From: a virus
Taxonomy: Duplodnaviria > Heunggongvirae > Uroviricota > Caudoviricetes
Length of the DNA stretch: 25,754 nt
Strand: one strand, 5' to 3'
IMG/VR virus record: IMGVR_UViG_2740892213_000014
This document shows positions 6,089 through 14,475 of the stretch, one piece after another. Positions within the stretch are counted from its first letter, which is position 1. Each line of letters begins with the position of its first letter. Made by a program: the position numbers and the translations under genes. The notes beneath the pieces were generated by a model. The model ran no database searches, was not told the DNA's origin, and worked only from the letters and a program-made list of their open reading frames with translations.

Positions 6089-8911
6089 ATGACGGCAGAG
6101 TACATCAGGGACTGGCAACAACCGCGCCACGCAGTGGGACGTGAAGGAACGGGGATCCCCGTTCCTGAATCCGCGCTTTCCTCCTGGCTGGATGCCTACC
6201 GGGCAGAGAACGAGCGCCGCCAGGAAATGGCTGATGCGGCGTTCTCCGCCACGCCGCTGGGCAACCTGATTAATAAAAGCCTGGATGCACAGGAAAAACA
6301 GGACAAAACCATCACACTGGCAGGAGACGCCAGAAAACAGGTACGCGGTGCGGTGGATGAAGCCATGGCCTCGCTGCGCCTGCTGCCGTCCTATCTGCGC
6401 GATCCGCTTATTCGCCACCTCTCCTTCCTGCGCAAAAAACAGGAAGCCGATCGCCGGAAAGGCAAAAAGAGCTGGCAGGCTGAACGCTACGCGCGCGGAA
6501 CCCTGCGCAAAATATTCGAACGTCTGGACCGCACCGACCACCGCTGGCTGACACCGGGTTATCGCTCCCTTGCCGGACGCGAACGCCTGGATGATTTGCT
6601 TTACCTGCCGCAGCTCAACAAGCACCAGATACAGACGCTGGCCACCATGACGGCGGCGATGTTCAGCAGCACCTTCGAAAAACTCTGCGATGGCTTTGGC
6701 GCGACTGATGGCGAGCTGACCATGGATGTAACGCTGAAGGCGTATCAGATGCTGGCCCGCATGGCGTTACACCTGCACGCCATGCCTCCGCATTATGACG
6801 CACTGACAACAGACAAAGACCGGAGGAACGAACCGGACACGGAGCTGCTGCCGGGCGCAATCCTTCGCCTGACCTGTGCGGAATGGTGGAAACGCAAACT
6901 GTGGCTGTTACGTTGCGAGTGGCGGGAAGAACAACTCCGCGCCGCCTGTCTGGTTTCCAGAAAAACATCGCCCTATCTGAGCCAGGACGCGTTAAGCGAG
7001 TTTCGCGCACAGCGCGAGAAAACACGCGATTTCCTGAAAAGTTTCATGCTGGAAAACGAAGACGGGTTCACGATTGATCTCGAGACGGTGTATTACGCGG
7101 GAGTAAGTAACCCGGTTCACCGTAAGGCAGAAATGATGGCCACCATGAAGGGGCTGGAACTTCTGGCCGAAGCCCGTGGCGACAAAGCGGTGTTTCTGAC
7201 TGTCACCTGCCCGTCAAAATACCACGCCACAACAGAGAACGGTCATCCGAATCCCAAATGGAACGGGGCCACCATGCGCGACTCCAGCGATTACCTGGTT
7301 AACACGTTTTTTGCGGCGGTCCGCAAGAAACTGAACCGCGACGGCCTGCGCTGGTATGGCATCCGCACGGTGGAGCCTCACCATGACGGCACCGTGCACT
7401 GGCATATGATGGTCTTTGCTCATCCGGAAGAAATCGACACCATTGTGTCCCACACCCGCGATATTGCCATTCAGGAAGATCGTCACGAGCTGGGTGATGA
7501 TATTACCCCACGCTTTAAGGCGGAGTACGTCGACGGCTCAAAAGGCACACCGACCAGCTACATCGCCACCTACATCGGGAAAAACCTGGACAGCCGTGCC
7601 GTGGATGGCATCGACCCGAAAACGGGCAAGCCACGCGTTGACCACGAAACCGGAAAATCAATGGCCGAGAGCGTGGAACGCGCCATCGGCTGGGCGCGCC
7701 TTCACCGGGTCCGCCAGTTCCAGTTCTTTGGTATCCCCTCCCGTCAGGTGTGGCGTGAACTGCGCCGCCTTGCCAGCCAGATGGCTCGCAACCCGGAAGG
7801 ACCGCAACGGCTGAAGGATGACGCAATGGACGCGGTTCTTGCTGCCGCTGATGCCGGATGTTTTGCCACCTACATAGAGAAACAGGGCGGCGTACTTGTT
7901 CCACGCAAGGACTACCTGATTCGCACCGCCTACGACCTCGCCGATGAGCTGAACGATTACGGTGAACAGAGCGTACAGATTTACGGGATCTGGTCACCGC
8001 TCATCGGGGAGTCTTCCCGCGTATGCACGCATCCGGACAACTGGAAGCTGGTAAGACGCAAACCGGAAGCGGAAGACAGCGCCCGCGAAAATGGTTTTGA
8101 CCTTCAGGGCGGCCCTGCCGCACCTTGGACTCGTGGCAATAACTGTCCCCGTGTACAGGAAACGGACAACAACGGGACAGAACAGCCGGAAGAACGGCCA
8201 GCACCGTGGCCGCAGCTTCCTGACGGCGTTGACGTGAACGAATGGATGCGCTCACTGAAACGGCACGAACGCCGGGCGCTGATGCGTTCGCTGCGTGACA
8301 AACAGGCAAAAAACAGCAGTGATGAAATGCAGAGCTGGACACAGAGCCGCAAACAGCAGCGGCCTTTGCCTGATAACCACGAATTACTCGCTAAAGAATG
8401 GCGGGAATCTGCCGAATCTCTCGGCCTGCATATCGGTGAACAGCAGATGCAGCACCTGTTACGGGGCGGCAGCCTGTACGTTGACGGCAGCATCATTGCA
8501 CCGCAGGGATTTGAAATTGTACGCAAACCGGATACCCGCCCGGACAGCCGAATCACGCAGCTCTGGCAGCGCCTGAGCCGTAATCACGGCGTAAGCAGCA
8601 CGGAGATCCGCCATAACCCGGTCGCCAGCTATCTGGAACAGCTGGGGGCATCAGACCCCGAAGCCGCCGCACGTCTGGCATCCACACTTCAGCAGGACCA
8701 GAACACCATGAACCCCCCCGTTACCGTGCTTTCTGACATGCTGCGCGCCATCCGCGACGCAGAGCACGCACAGAGAATCAGTGAAACCACTGAACGTGCC
8801 CGCCGCAAAGCAGACCTGCTGCGGGGTGGCCTGACCAGTGGAAACAAAAAACAGACAGAAACGGGATTCACAAATCCCGTAAATGAGCAAAAAACGCGCC
8901 GCGATATATGA
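6089..8911 (+). CDS. A: Rolling-circle replication initiator / replication endonuclease, P2 gpA family, 940 aa
   Basis: HUH-type motif VHWHMMVF and paired catalytic tyrosines in SYIATYIGKN (Y-x3-Y) are typical of gpA/phiX174-A-type initiators. Position between early genes and portal matches P2 synteny. Protein is longer than I recall for P2 A, with a C-terminal extension. Confidence 0.88.
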   Translation: MTAEYIRDWQQPRHAVGREGTGIPVPESALSSWLDAYRAENERRQEMADAAFSATPLGNLINKSLDAQEKQDKTITLAGDARKQVRGAVDEAMASLRLLPSYLRDPLIRHLSFLRKKQEADRRKGKKSWQAERYARGTLRKIFERLDRTDHRWLTPGYRSLAGRERLDDLLYLPQLNKHQIQTLATMTAAMFSSTFEKLCDGFGATDGELTMDVTLKAYQMLARMALHLHAMPPHYDALTTDKDRRNEPDTELLPGAILRLTCAEWWKRKLWLLRCEWREEQLRAACLVSRKTSPYLSQDALSEFRAQREKTRDFLKSFMLENEDGFTIDLETVYYAGVSNPVHRKAEMMATMKGLELLAEARGDKAVFLTVTCPSKYHATTENGHPNPKWNGATMRDSSDYLVNTFFAAVRKKLNRDGLRWYGIRTVEPHHDGTVHWHMMVFAHPEEIDTIVSHTRDIAIQEDRHELGDDITPRFKAEYVDGSKGTPTSYIATYIGKNLDSRAVDGIDPKTGKPRVDHETGKSMAESVERAIGWARLHRVRQFQFFGIPSRQVWRELRRLASQMARNPEGPQRLKDDAMDAVLAAADAGCFATYIEKQGGVLVPRKDYLIRTAYDLADELNDYGEQSVQIYGIWSPLIGESSRVCTHPDNWKLVRRKPEAEDSARENGFDLQGGPAAPWTRGNNCPRVQETDNNGTEQPEERPAPWPQLPDGVDVNEWMRSLKRHERRALMRSLRDKQAKNSSDEMQSWTQSRKQQRPLPDNHELLAKEWRESAESLGLHIGEQQMQHLLRGGSLYVDGSIIAPQGFEIVRKPDTRPDSRITQLWQRLSRNHGVSSTEIRHNPVASYLEQLGASDPEAAARLASTLQQDQNTMNPPVTVLSDMLRAIRDAEHAQRISETTERARRKADLLRGGLTSGNKKQTETGFTNPVNEQKTRRDI

Positions 8912-8956
8912 AGCGCACACAAAACAGGCAAAAACGGGATTTCAGAATCCCGTAAA
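8858..8956. repeat. Two ~26-bp direct repeats, each with a perfect 8-bp-arm palindrome ACGGGATT-N4-AATCCCGT (8861-8880 and 8934-8953); candidate parC-like centromere or operator
   Basis: Read directly from sequence. Repeats bracket the stop codon of A and lie just upstream of the ParM homologue. Confidence 0.35.
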
Positions 8957-8987
8957 CGATTAATTAATCAACATAAGGAAAAGCGAC

Positions 8988-9947
8988 ATGAAAATTTGTA
9001 TCGACGACGGCTCCACCAACATCAAGCTGGCATGGACTGAGAATGGCGAACGCCGCAACGCCATCAGCCCGAACAGCTTCAAGTCGGAATGGTCTGCGCC
9101 GTTCGGTGGCATGCAGCCCGCGAACTACATGCTTGATGGCGTGCGCTATGGTTTTGATCCGGTCAGCGATCGCTTTGTCCAGACGACCGACACGCAATAC
9201 CAGTACAGCGATGTGAATGTAATCGCCATTCATCACGCGCTGGTCAAATCAGGCATCACGCCACAGGAGGTGGATGTGGTTGTCACCCTGCCACTGAGCG
9301 AGTATTTCGACACAAACGCACAGCCGGACATGGCCAACATCAACCGCAAAAAAGCGAACGTTATGCGCCCGGTGGAGTACCAGAACGGCGAAGCATTCAC
9401 TATCCGTAACGTGCGGGTTATGCCTGAATCCATTCCGGCTGGCTTTAAAGCACTGGCTGACATGAGTCCGTTTGAATCCCTGCTGATTGTGGATTTAGGC
9501 GGAACCACGCTGGATGTGGCAAAGGTTCAGGGGCAACTGGCAGGTATCAGCCAGGTGTTTTGCGATCCACACGTAGGCGTCTCCCTGATGGCCGGTGCCG
9601 TGCTGTCGGTGATGGCCGCTAACGGTATGCGTACCAGTCACCACATCGCCAATACCATTATCGAACATCGCCATGATGAAGCCTGGTTGCGCCAACACAT
9701 CCACAATGACGCGCATTACGCCAGCCTGATGGCGGTTATTCGTGAAAAGGAAGAAACACTGAAACAACGCGTGATCCGCGCGCTGGCGGGTTTTTCGGGT
9801 TACGGGCGGGTGATGGTTGTCGGTGGCGGGGCGGAGATTGTGGCACCCGCTATCCGCGAAGCCTGCGGAGTTAATGCGACTTTCATCGCGGACGGGGTGC
9901 CACAGTTTGCTCTGGTTAATGGGCTGTACGCAATGGACAAGGAGTAA
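8988..9947 (+). CDS. parM: Actin-like segregation ATPase, ParM/StbA family, 319 aa
   Basis: Long-range similarity to plasmid R1 ParM as I recall it (N-terminal IDDGSTNIKL, YSDVNV…HHAL, VMPESIPAG, DLGGTTLD, VGGGAE). AAGGAA RBS upstream. Confidence 0.8.
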   Translation: MKICIDDGSTNIKLAWTENGERRNAISPNSFKSEWSAPFGGMQPANYMLDGVRYGFDPVSDRFVQTTDTQYQYSDVNVIAIHHALVKSGITPQEVDVVVTLPLSEYFDTNAQPDMANINRKKANVMRPVEYQNGEAFTIRNVRVMPESIPAGFKALADMSPFESLLIVDLGGTTLDVAKVQGQLAGISQVFCDPHVGVSLMAGAVLSVMAANGMRTSHHIANTIIEHRHDEAWLRQHIHNDAHYASLMAVIREKEETLKQRVIRALAGFSGYGRVMVVGGGAEIVAPAIREACGVNATFIADGVPQFALVNGLYAMDKE

Positions 9948-9951
9948 ACCA

Positions 9952-10266
9952 ATGACGACACCAACCAGACGGATAAGTTTCTATCTGAAGCCAGTCGCCG
10001 TCAATAGTGAACGGGAGGCGTGTAATTACCTCGACAGCCTGCCAGCCTCTGAACGCAGCCGCGCGCAACGCGCGGCCTTTCTGGCCGGGCTGGCACTCAT
10101 AAAACGCGATCCTGCATTTGCCTATTGGTTGGCCGAATGGCCGGAAGAAGGAGCTGCGCCAGCCAAGAATAATATTCAGAGTAAATATGCCAGCACACCT
10201 GCCACCGGAAGCAATCACAGCACTAGCGAGATAAGAAAGAACATTCAGTCATTTTTCCCAGAGTGA
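9952..10266 (+). CDS. parR: ParR/StbB-like centromere-binding adaptor, 104 aa
   Basis: Start moved to ATG 9952 (MTTPTRRISFYLKP…), 5 nt after parM stop, with AAGGAG RBS. Segment DSLPASERSRAQRAAFLAGLAL resembles R1 ParR as recalled. Confidence 0.65.
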   Translation: MTTPTRRISFYLKPVAVNSEREACNYLDSLPASERSRAQRAAFLAGLALIKRDPAFAYWLAEWPEEGAAPAKNNIQSKYASTPATGSNHSTSEIRKNIQSFFPE

Positions 10267-10285
10267 AAACAGGAGAGGAGCATCT

Positions 10286-10747
10286 ATGGCAACTATCCCC
10301 AAAAAATGGTTACAACGCAAAATTGCAGACCTTGAATCGTGTCGTGAAGACATCCCGTTTGGCCTTGATGAAAACGATCACAATATGTTAATCGCACTGA
10401 AAATCGCACTCACATCGCTGGAAGCAGAGGCAGTTATGTTCTGTATATCAGGACAAAATGTAGATTCAGAAGAACATGTATCAACCAGCAAAGCGGTTGT
10501 TGATGCCTGGGTTGAAGAATGGAATCAGGTTGACGGAAGTCCTGGCGAACCACTGTACAAAACTATGCCACTCTACTATCACGCTGCCTTGCCAGCGCCG
10601 GTAGTGCCGGAAGAAGCAACTCCGGAAAACGTAGAAATGCTCTCTGGCTATGTTTCCACATACAAATTAACCGATAGCGAGCGCGATATTGCTGCCGAAA
10701 TATGGAACGCCTGCCGCGCCGCTATGCTTCATGGGAAAGGAGAGTGA
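10286..10747 (+). CDS. Hypothetical acidic protein, 153 aa
   Basis: ORF track; strong RBS AGGAGAGGAG. Composition is strongly acidic; no recognisable motif. Confidence 0.55.
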   Translation: MATIPKKWLQRKIADLESCREDIPFGLDENDHNMLIALKIALTSLEAEAVMFCISGQNVDSEEHVSTSKAVVDAWVEEWNQVDGSPGEPLYKTMPLYYHAALPAPVVPEEATPENVEMLSGYVSTYKLTDSERDIAAEIWNACRAAMLHGKGE

Positions 10748-10748
10748 T

Positions 10749-11012
10749 ATGGCAACTTTAACAAAAAAAGAACGGGCATGGTTGAACGAATTACAGGACG
10801 TTCTTGATCGCTGCCCATCACCGAAAAAAATTGGTTTTTACACCATTGGCGATAAAAGCATTTACCTGTATGACCTGCGCCGCATGGATGAAATCATGGA
10901 GGCTCTTGATAATCGTTCGTCAATGGATTGGTGTGTTGCTGTCCATGATATGAATGCAGGGTTTGATGAAAAGATTTTGTTCCCCTCATCAGTTGAAAGC
11001 ACAGCAGGATAA
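10749..11012 (+). CDS. Hypothetical protein, 87 aa
   Basis: Start moved to ATG 10749 (MATLTKKERAWLNEL…), 2 nt after upstream stop, with AAAGGAGAG RBS. Confidence 0.5.
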   Translation: MATLTKKERAWLNELQDVLDRCPSPKKIGFYTIGDKSIYLYDLRRMDEIMEALDNRSSMDWCVAVHDMNAGFDEKILFPSSVESTAG

Positions 11013-11046
11013 GGACCCAGCCAATATACACAACCTATAAAACACT

Positions 11047-11073
11047 AAAGCGCCTCAGGGGCGCTTTTTGTTT
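11047..11073 (+). terminator. Intrinsic terminator: 8-bp stem AAAGCGCC/GGCGCTTT followed by T-run
   Basis: Read directly from sequence, 35 nt after the last plus-strand accessory gene. Confidence 0.6.
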
Positions 11074-11099
11074 GCACAAAAGTGCACAAATTTGCACAA
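11073..11099. repeat. Three direct repeats of TGCACAA / GCACAA at ~10-bp spacing
   Basis: Read directly: tTGCACAAaagTGCACAAatttGCACAAt, in the presumed cos-proximal non-coding region. Confidence 0.3.
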
Positions 11100-11473
11100 T
11101 TTTTTTGAACGACTTTTTACCCTTCCGGCCCGCATGGCGGCTGGATCCGTCAAGGATCCGTGCGTGCACAAAAAAACGCGCTTTTTCTACGCGCAGGTGA
11201 CGGGGGAACAGCCCGCGTTTCAGGGGGTAAATAGCATTCCCTGAACGATGTCGCAGAGATACAACAGAATGGCTGTATTTCTCACGCTGAGCGTGAAAAA
11301 GACGTGAGGGCTTTTGATTTGATGGGGTGAAAGGTAAGGCCGTCAAAATCGCACTGAGACGGCGAGAACATGCAGTCAACGCGGTGGGATTGCGTAAGAG
11401 TCTGGCTGTCGATGATGGCAATAAGCAGGAAAGCGTCGTGAAATTATCTGATTGATACAGGAGCTGGAGAGTC

Positions 11474-11496
11474 GGGGCATAAATTTTTTATGCCCC
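11474..11496. other. Perfect 23-bp palindrome GGGGCATAAATTTTTTATGCCCC, downstream of portal gene
   Basis: Read directly. 10-bp stem with 3-nt loop and no flanking U-tract; possible terminator for the P-Q operon or a protein-binding site. Confidence 0.35.
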
Positions 11497-11523
11497 GGCG
11501 AAGCAGCAGACAAGCGAAGCGCG

Positions 11524-12570
11524 TCAGGATGTGGGCTGGGTGTCCAGCAGTGCATAAGGGTTAAAGCGGATCACCTCTTCGCCAAGCCAGTCATTGATGT
11601 GCTTCATGGCCTCCATGACGGGCATCAGCTCGTTAATTGCGTAAACCCGCGCGGCCTTCTCCACATCACCAAACGCACTTTTTTCGCCCGGCATCGCCCC
11701 CATCAGTTGCGGCGGAACGCGGTGCGCAGCCAGCACATCATCACGGGATGCCGCCTTAACATTCATGAACTCATCCTTTGCGGTGATCTGCTGGAACGGC
11801 AAAATTTGCACCCCCTCTTTGCCCCCGTTGGGCGCATGGATGAGCACGTTTTTAAACGCACCACCACCACGCGCACCCTGTAGCGTTTCTTTCAGGGAGT
11901 CCATGCTTTCGCGGTTTACCTGCGCTGCACCGATGTAGATGATGCACCCGGCGTGGGATCCATTGTCGTAATACAGTTTTCTGAACATGTCCGCCGAATG
12001 AGACAGGCTGGCCGAGAGTAATGCGCCAAGATATTCCGGCATGCCGTAAATTTCCTGGTTAATGTCAGGATTCATCAGGTGGCACACTTTGCCAGGGCGA
12101 AACTGAAACGCGTCCTTGCCATCCTGCACATACCACCATGATTCAAGATCGCTTCCGCGTCGCATGTATTTCGCCAGGGCGTGCCGTAATTTAAGCGGTT
12201 CGCCGAGCATATTGCTTCGAAGCTCAAGGAATGCGTTACCGAACACAAACCAGTCCAGCGCCAGCGCCGAGAAATCCTGCCGGGAAAGCAGCGGGTGCGG
12301 AATATAGCAGCCGAGCAATACATTGCGCTTAAAGTAAAGCGCAGACTGATGCCAGGACGTTTGCCGGGCAGCTCTTGCCAGACCGTACCAGTCCACCGGG
12401 GTTTCGTACCACCGCCCGTTATCAGCACAGTACATATTGTCCAGCAGGTCATGCCCGGTCAGGCGATAAGGACCATCAAATGTGAATGCACTGAGCGATG
12501 ATTCTTTCCTGAGCGCATCAGCGAGATCAATGCGTGAACTCATGCGCACTTTTTTATTTTTTCTGCTCAT
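11524..12570 (-). CDS. Q: Portal (capsid portal) protein, P2 gpQ family
   Basis: Size (348 aa) and position downstream of terminase large subunit match P2 Q. Start ATG at 12570-12568 overlaps the TGA stop of P (TGATG coupling). Confidence 0.88.
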   Translation of the reverse strand: MSRKNKKVRMSSRIDLADALRKESSLSAFTFDGPYRLTGHDLLDNMYCADNGRWYETPVDWYGLARAARQTSWHQSALYFKRNVLLGCYIPHPLLSRQDFSALALDWFVFGNAFLELRSNMLGEPLKLRHALAKYMRRGSDLESWWYVQDGKDAFQFRPGKVCHLMNPDINQEIYGMPEYLGALLSASLSHSADMFRKLYYDNGSHAGCIIYIGAAQVNRESMDSLKETLQGARGGGAFKNVLIHAPNGGKEGVQILPFQQITAKDEFMNVKAASRDDVLAAHRVPPQLMGAMPGEKSAFGDVEKAARVYAINELMPVMEAMKHINDWLGEEVIRFNPYALLDTQPTS

Positions 12571-14321
12571 CAGAACTCCATAACCGTGAAACGCTCGTTT
12601 TCTCCTTCGCCGCCAATCGGTTCGTTAATGACAGCAAGCATGGTTGCCCACGCAAGGTCGCCGTGGCTGATCCCCCTCGCTCGGTCCGTTTCGTAAGTGA
12701 TAAAGCCGCCCGGTGTTTTCACCTTACGCACGGCGTTAAAGGCCGCGACCAGCTCGCGTTCGGCGCGATCGTATTCCCACCGCCCGGCACGCATTATTTG
12801 CAGCATTTTCAGTACCAGCGACCGTTTTGATGACAGCGTGAAGGTGTACGGAATAGCAGCAGGGAAAAACCGTTTCACTATCTGATAAACAGCCTCCCCG
12901 TTCCCGCCCGTCACATCAATGCCGATGTGTTCCACGTTGTAGCGATACGTGAACTCTTCAATGACTCTGGCCTGTTCTTCAAACTCCAGCCCCTGAACGC
13001 GTCGCGTCTCCACCGTTCGAAAACGGCCACCAGGAACAGCCGGAGGAACCACCACGGACACAGCGCCGCTGTCGCCGTTGCCACTGCTGCCGTTTGCGTC
13101 ATACCCAATCCATACTGGACGATTCCCCATCGGGCGGGGAGCAAAAGGTTTCCAGTCTTTCCAGTCGTCGTATCCGTCAACACCGCAGCCAATCAGGATA
13201 TTCAGGTTAAATGCCGATTCCCCTTCGCGGACAAACTCACACATATAGAGATTGAGGAACTCGTCTTCGGTGTTTTCATCACGAATTTCGTCGATATCGG
13301 TGTGTTTCCAGCCGTGATTGACCACATCTTCCAGCGTGACAATTTGCCGCCATGTCCGGTCAGGGCAGATAAGCCCGTTATGCAGCGTTTTCCAGTCCAC
13401 AGAAAAACGCTGGCGTTTATGCGAGGCCTTTTTCTCGTTCCAGCGGTCGCCGTTCCAGTAGGCGTATGCCTCGTGCGTTTCGGTGGATGGCGTGGAGAAG
13501 TAGGTGCGCCGCAATCCGCTGAGGGTTGCCATAGCGCCAGCCACCTTGCGCAGTTCAGCAAAGCGACTGACCCAGAAAAATTCATCAAAATAAAAATTGC
13601 CCGTATAGGACTGTGCCGACGCAGCAGAAGTGCCGAGAAAATGCAGCTCTGCGCCGTTGGAGAGGATGATTTTATCGCCCCCTTTCAGCTCCACATCAAC
13701 TTCAGCCGCGGCCTTCTGAATAATGCTTTTAAACTGGAACGCCTGACGACGCGACGCAGACAAAAAAATCTGGTTACGCTGGTAAGGTTGCGCCACATCG
13801 TCACGCAGCGCCATCAGCAGTGCTTCCTGTGCAAAATACCAGGTCGCCCCAATCTGTCGGGATTTCAGGATCATCCTGTTACGTATCCCGGCTTCCCTGC
13901 AAAGAGTCAGGGAGTCAAACCAGCCCCGCTGATGCCACTCCAGCCTGCTGATGATTTTTTCCCGCAGTGCAGCAATCTGTTCCGGCGTGAAATGATTTTT
14001 AAGTTTTTTCGCCCGGCCTTTCTTTCCTGTGGCCGTCGCATCTGGCTGGCCATCATGCAGTTTTTTAAGCTGCCGGGTCAGCAGGTCTATTTCCTTGAAG
14101 TCACCACCTGTTTTATTCTGTTTTTCAGTAAGCTGGATGAGGCGCGCATCGATGGACTGCGTGACACGCTGCACGGGTGGCGTTTCATCCCACTGGTCGC
14201 GTTTTTTCCACGCATAAATCGTGTTCGGGTTTATTCCCATCAGACGTGAGATTTCTGCGGGCGGATAACCCTGCCAGTAAAGTTGCCGCGCACGCTGGCG
14301 CACAAAAGCGTCCTGAATCAT
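12570..14321 (-). CDS. P: Terminase ATPase (large) subunit, P2 gpP family, 583 aa
   Basis: ORF track; size and synteny (divergent from O, upstream of Q) match P2 P. GGGGGAG RBS on minus strand upstream of ATG 14321. Confidence 0.9.
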   Translation of the reverse strand: MIQDAFVRQRARQLYWQGYPPAEISRLMGINPNTIYAWKKRDQWDETPPVQRVTQSIDARLIQLTEKQNKTGGDFKEIDLLTRQLKKLHDGQPDATATGKKGRAKKLKNHFTPEQIAALREKIISRLEWHQRGWFDSLTLCREAGIRNRMILKSRQIGATWYFAQEALLMALRDDVAQPYQRNQIFLSASRRQAFQFKSIIQKAAAEVDVELKGGDKIILSNGAELHFLGTSAASAQSYTGNFYFDEFFWVSRFAELRKVAGAMATLSGLRRTYFSTPSTETHEAYAYWNGDRWNEKKASHKRQRFSVDWKTLHNGLICPDRTWRQIVTLEDVVNHGWKHTDIDEIRDENTEDEFLNLYMCEFVREGESAFNLNILIGCGVDGYDDWKDWKPFAPRPMGNRPVWIGYDANGSSGNGDSGAVSVVVPPAVPGGRFRTVETRRVQGLEFEEQARVIEEFTYRYNVEHIGIDVTGGNGEAVYQIVKRFFPAAIPYTFTLSSKRSLVLKMLQIMRAGRWEYDRAERELVAAFNAVRKVKTPGGFITYETDRARGISHGDLAWATMLAVINEPIGGEGENERFTVMEF

Positions 14322-14382
14322 TGCTCCCCCTGAGTAATTACAGGAAGATTACCCGCGCGCGAAACCGTTCTCCTTAACCCCC

Positions 14383-14403
14383 TGTTCTGGCCGTTTTCTT
14401 ACA
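14383..14403. promoter_or_regulatory. Candidate late-promoter dyad TGT-N15-ACA in the divergent P/O intergenic region
   Basis: Read directly. P2 late promoters are reported to carry an Ogr-dependent dyad near -55. Spacing here differs from the TGT-N12-ACA consensus I recall, so this is tentative. Confidence 0.25.
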
Positions 14404-14475
14404 ACAAAAGCCCTTTGTATCAGCCTGTTACGCTTTGCCATCATGACTGAAGAACCAGTCAGAGGGGCAAAAACT

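Noticed and set aside
5564-6625. 353-aa minus-strand ORF
   Set aside because: Lies antisense within the well-supported gene A and 5' early genes. No RBS, and the composition is an arginine/alanine-rich GC artefact.
7416-8576. Several 90-160-aa ORFs on both strands inside gene A
   Set aside because: All overlap the gpA-like coding frame; translations are low-complexity and lack starts with an RBS.
11035-11421. 128-aa minus-strand ORF in the cos-proximal region
   Set aside because: No RBS, basic low-complexity translation, and it spans a plus-strand terminator and repeat elements; treated as non-coding.
11013-11523. Search for a P2/186-type 19-nt cohesive end
   Set aside because: I could not find it by eye and my recollection of those sequences is imperfect, so cos is left unannotated.
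11452-11883. 143-aa plus-strand ORF
   Set aside because: Mostly antisense to portal gene Q.
12927-14249. 440-aa plus-strand ORF
   Set aside because: Antisense to terminase large subunit P, which has strong family and synteny support; typical shadow ORF.
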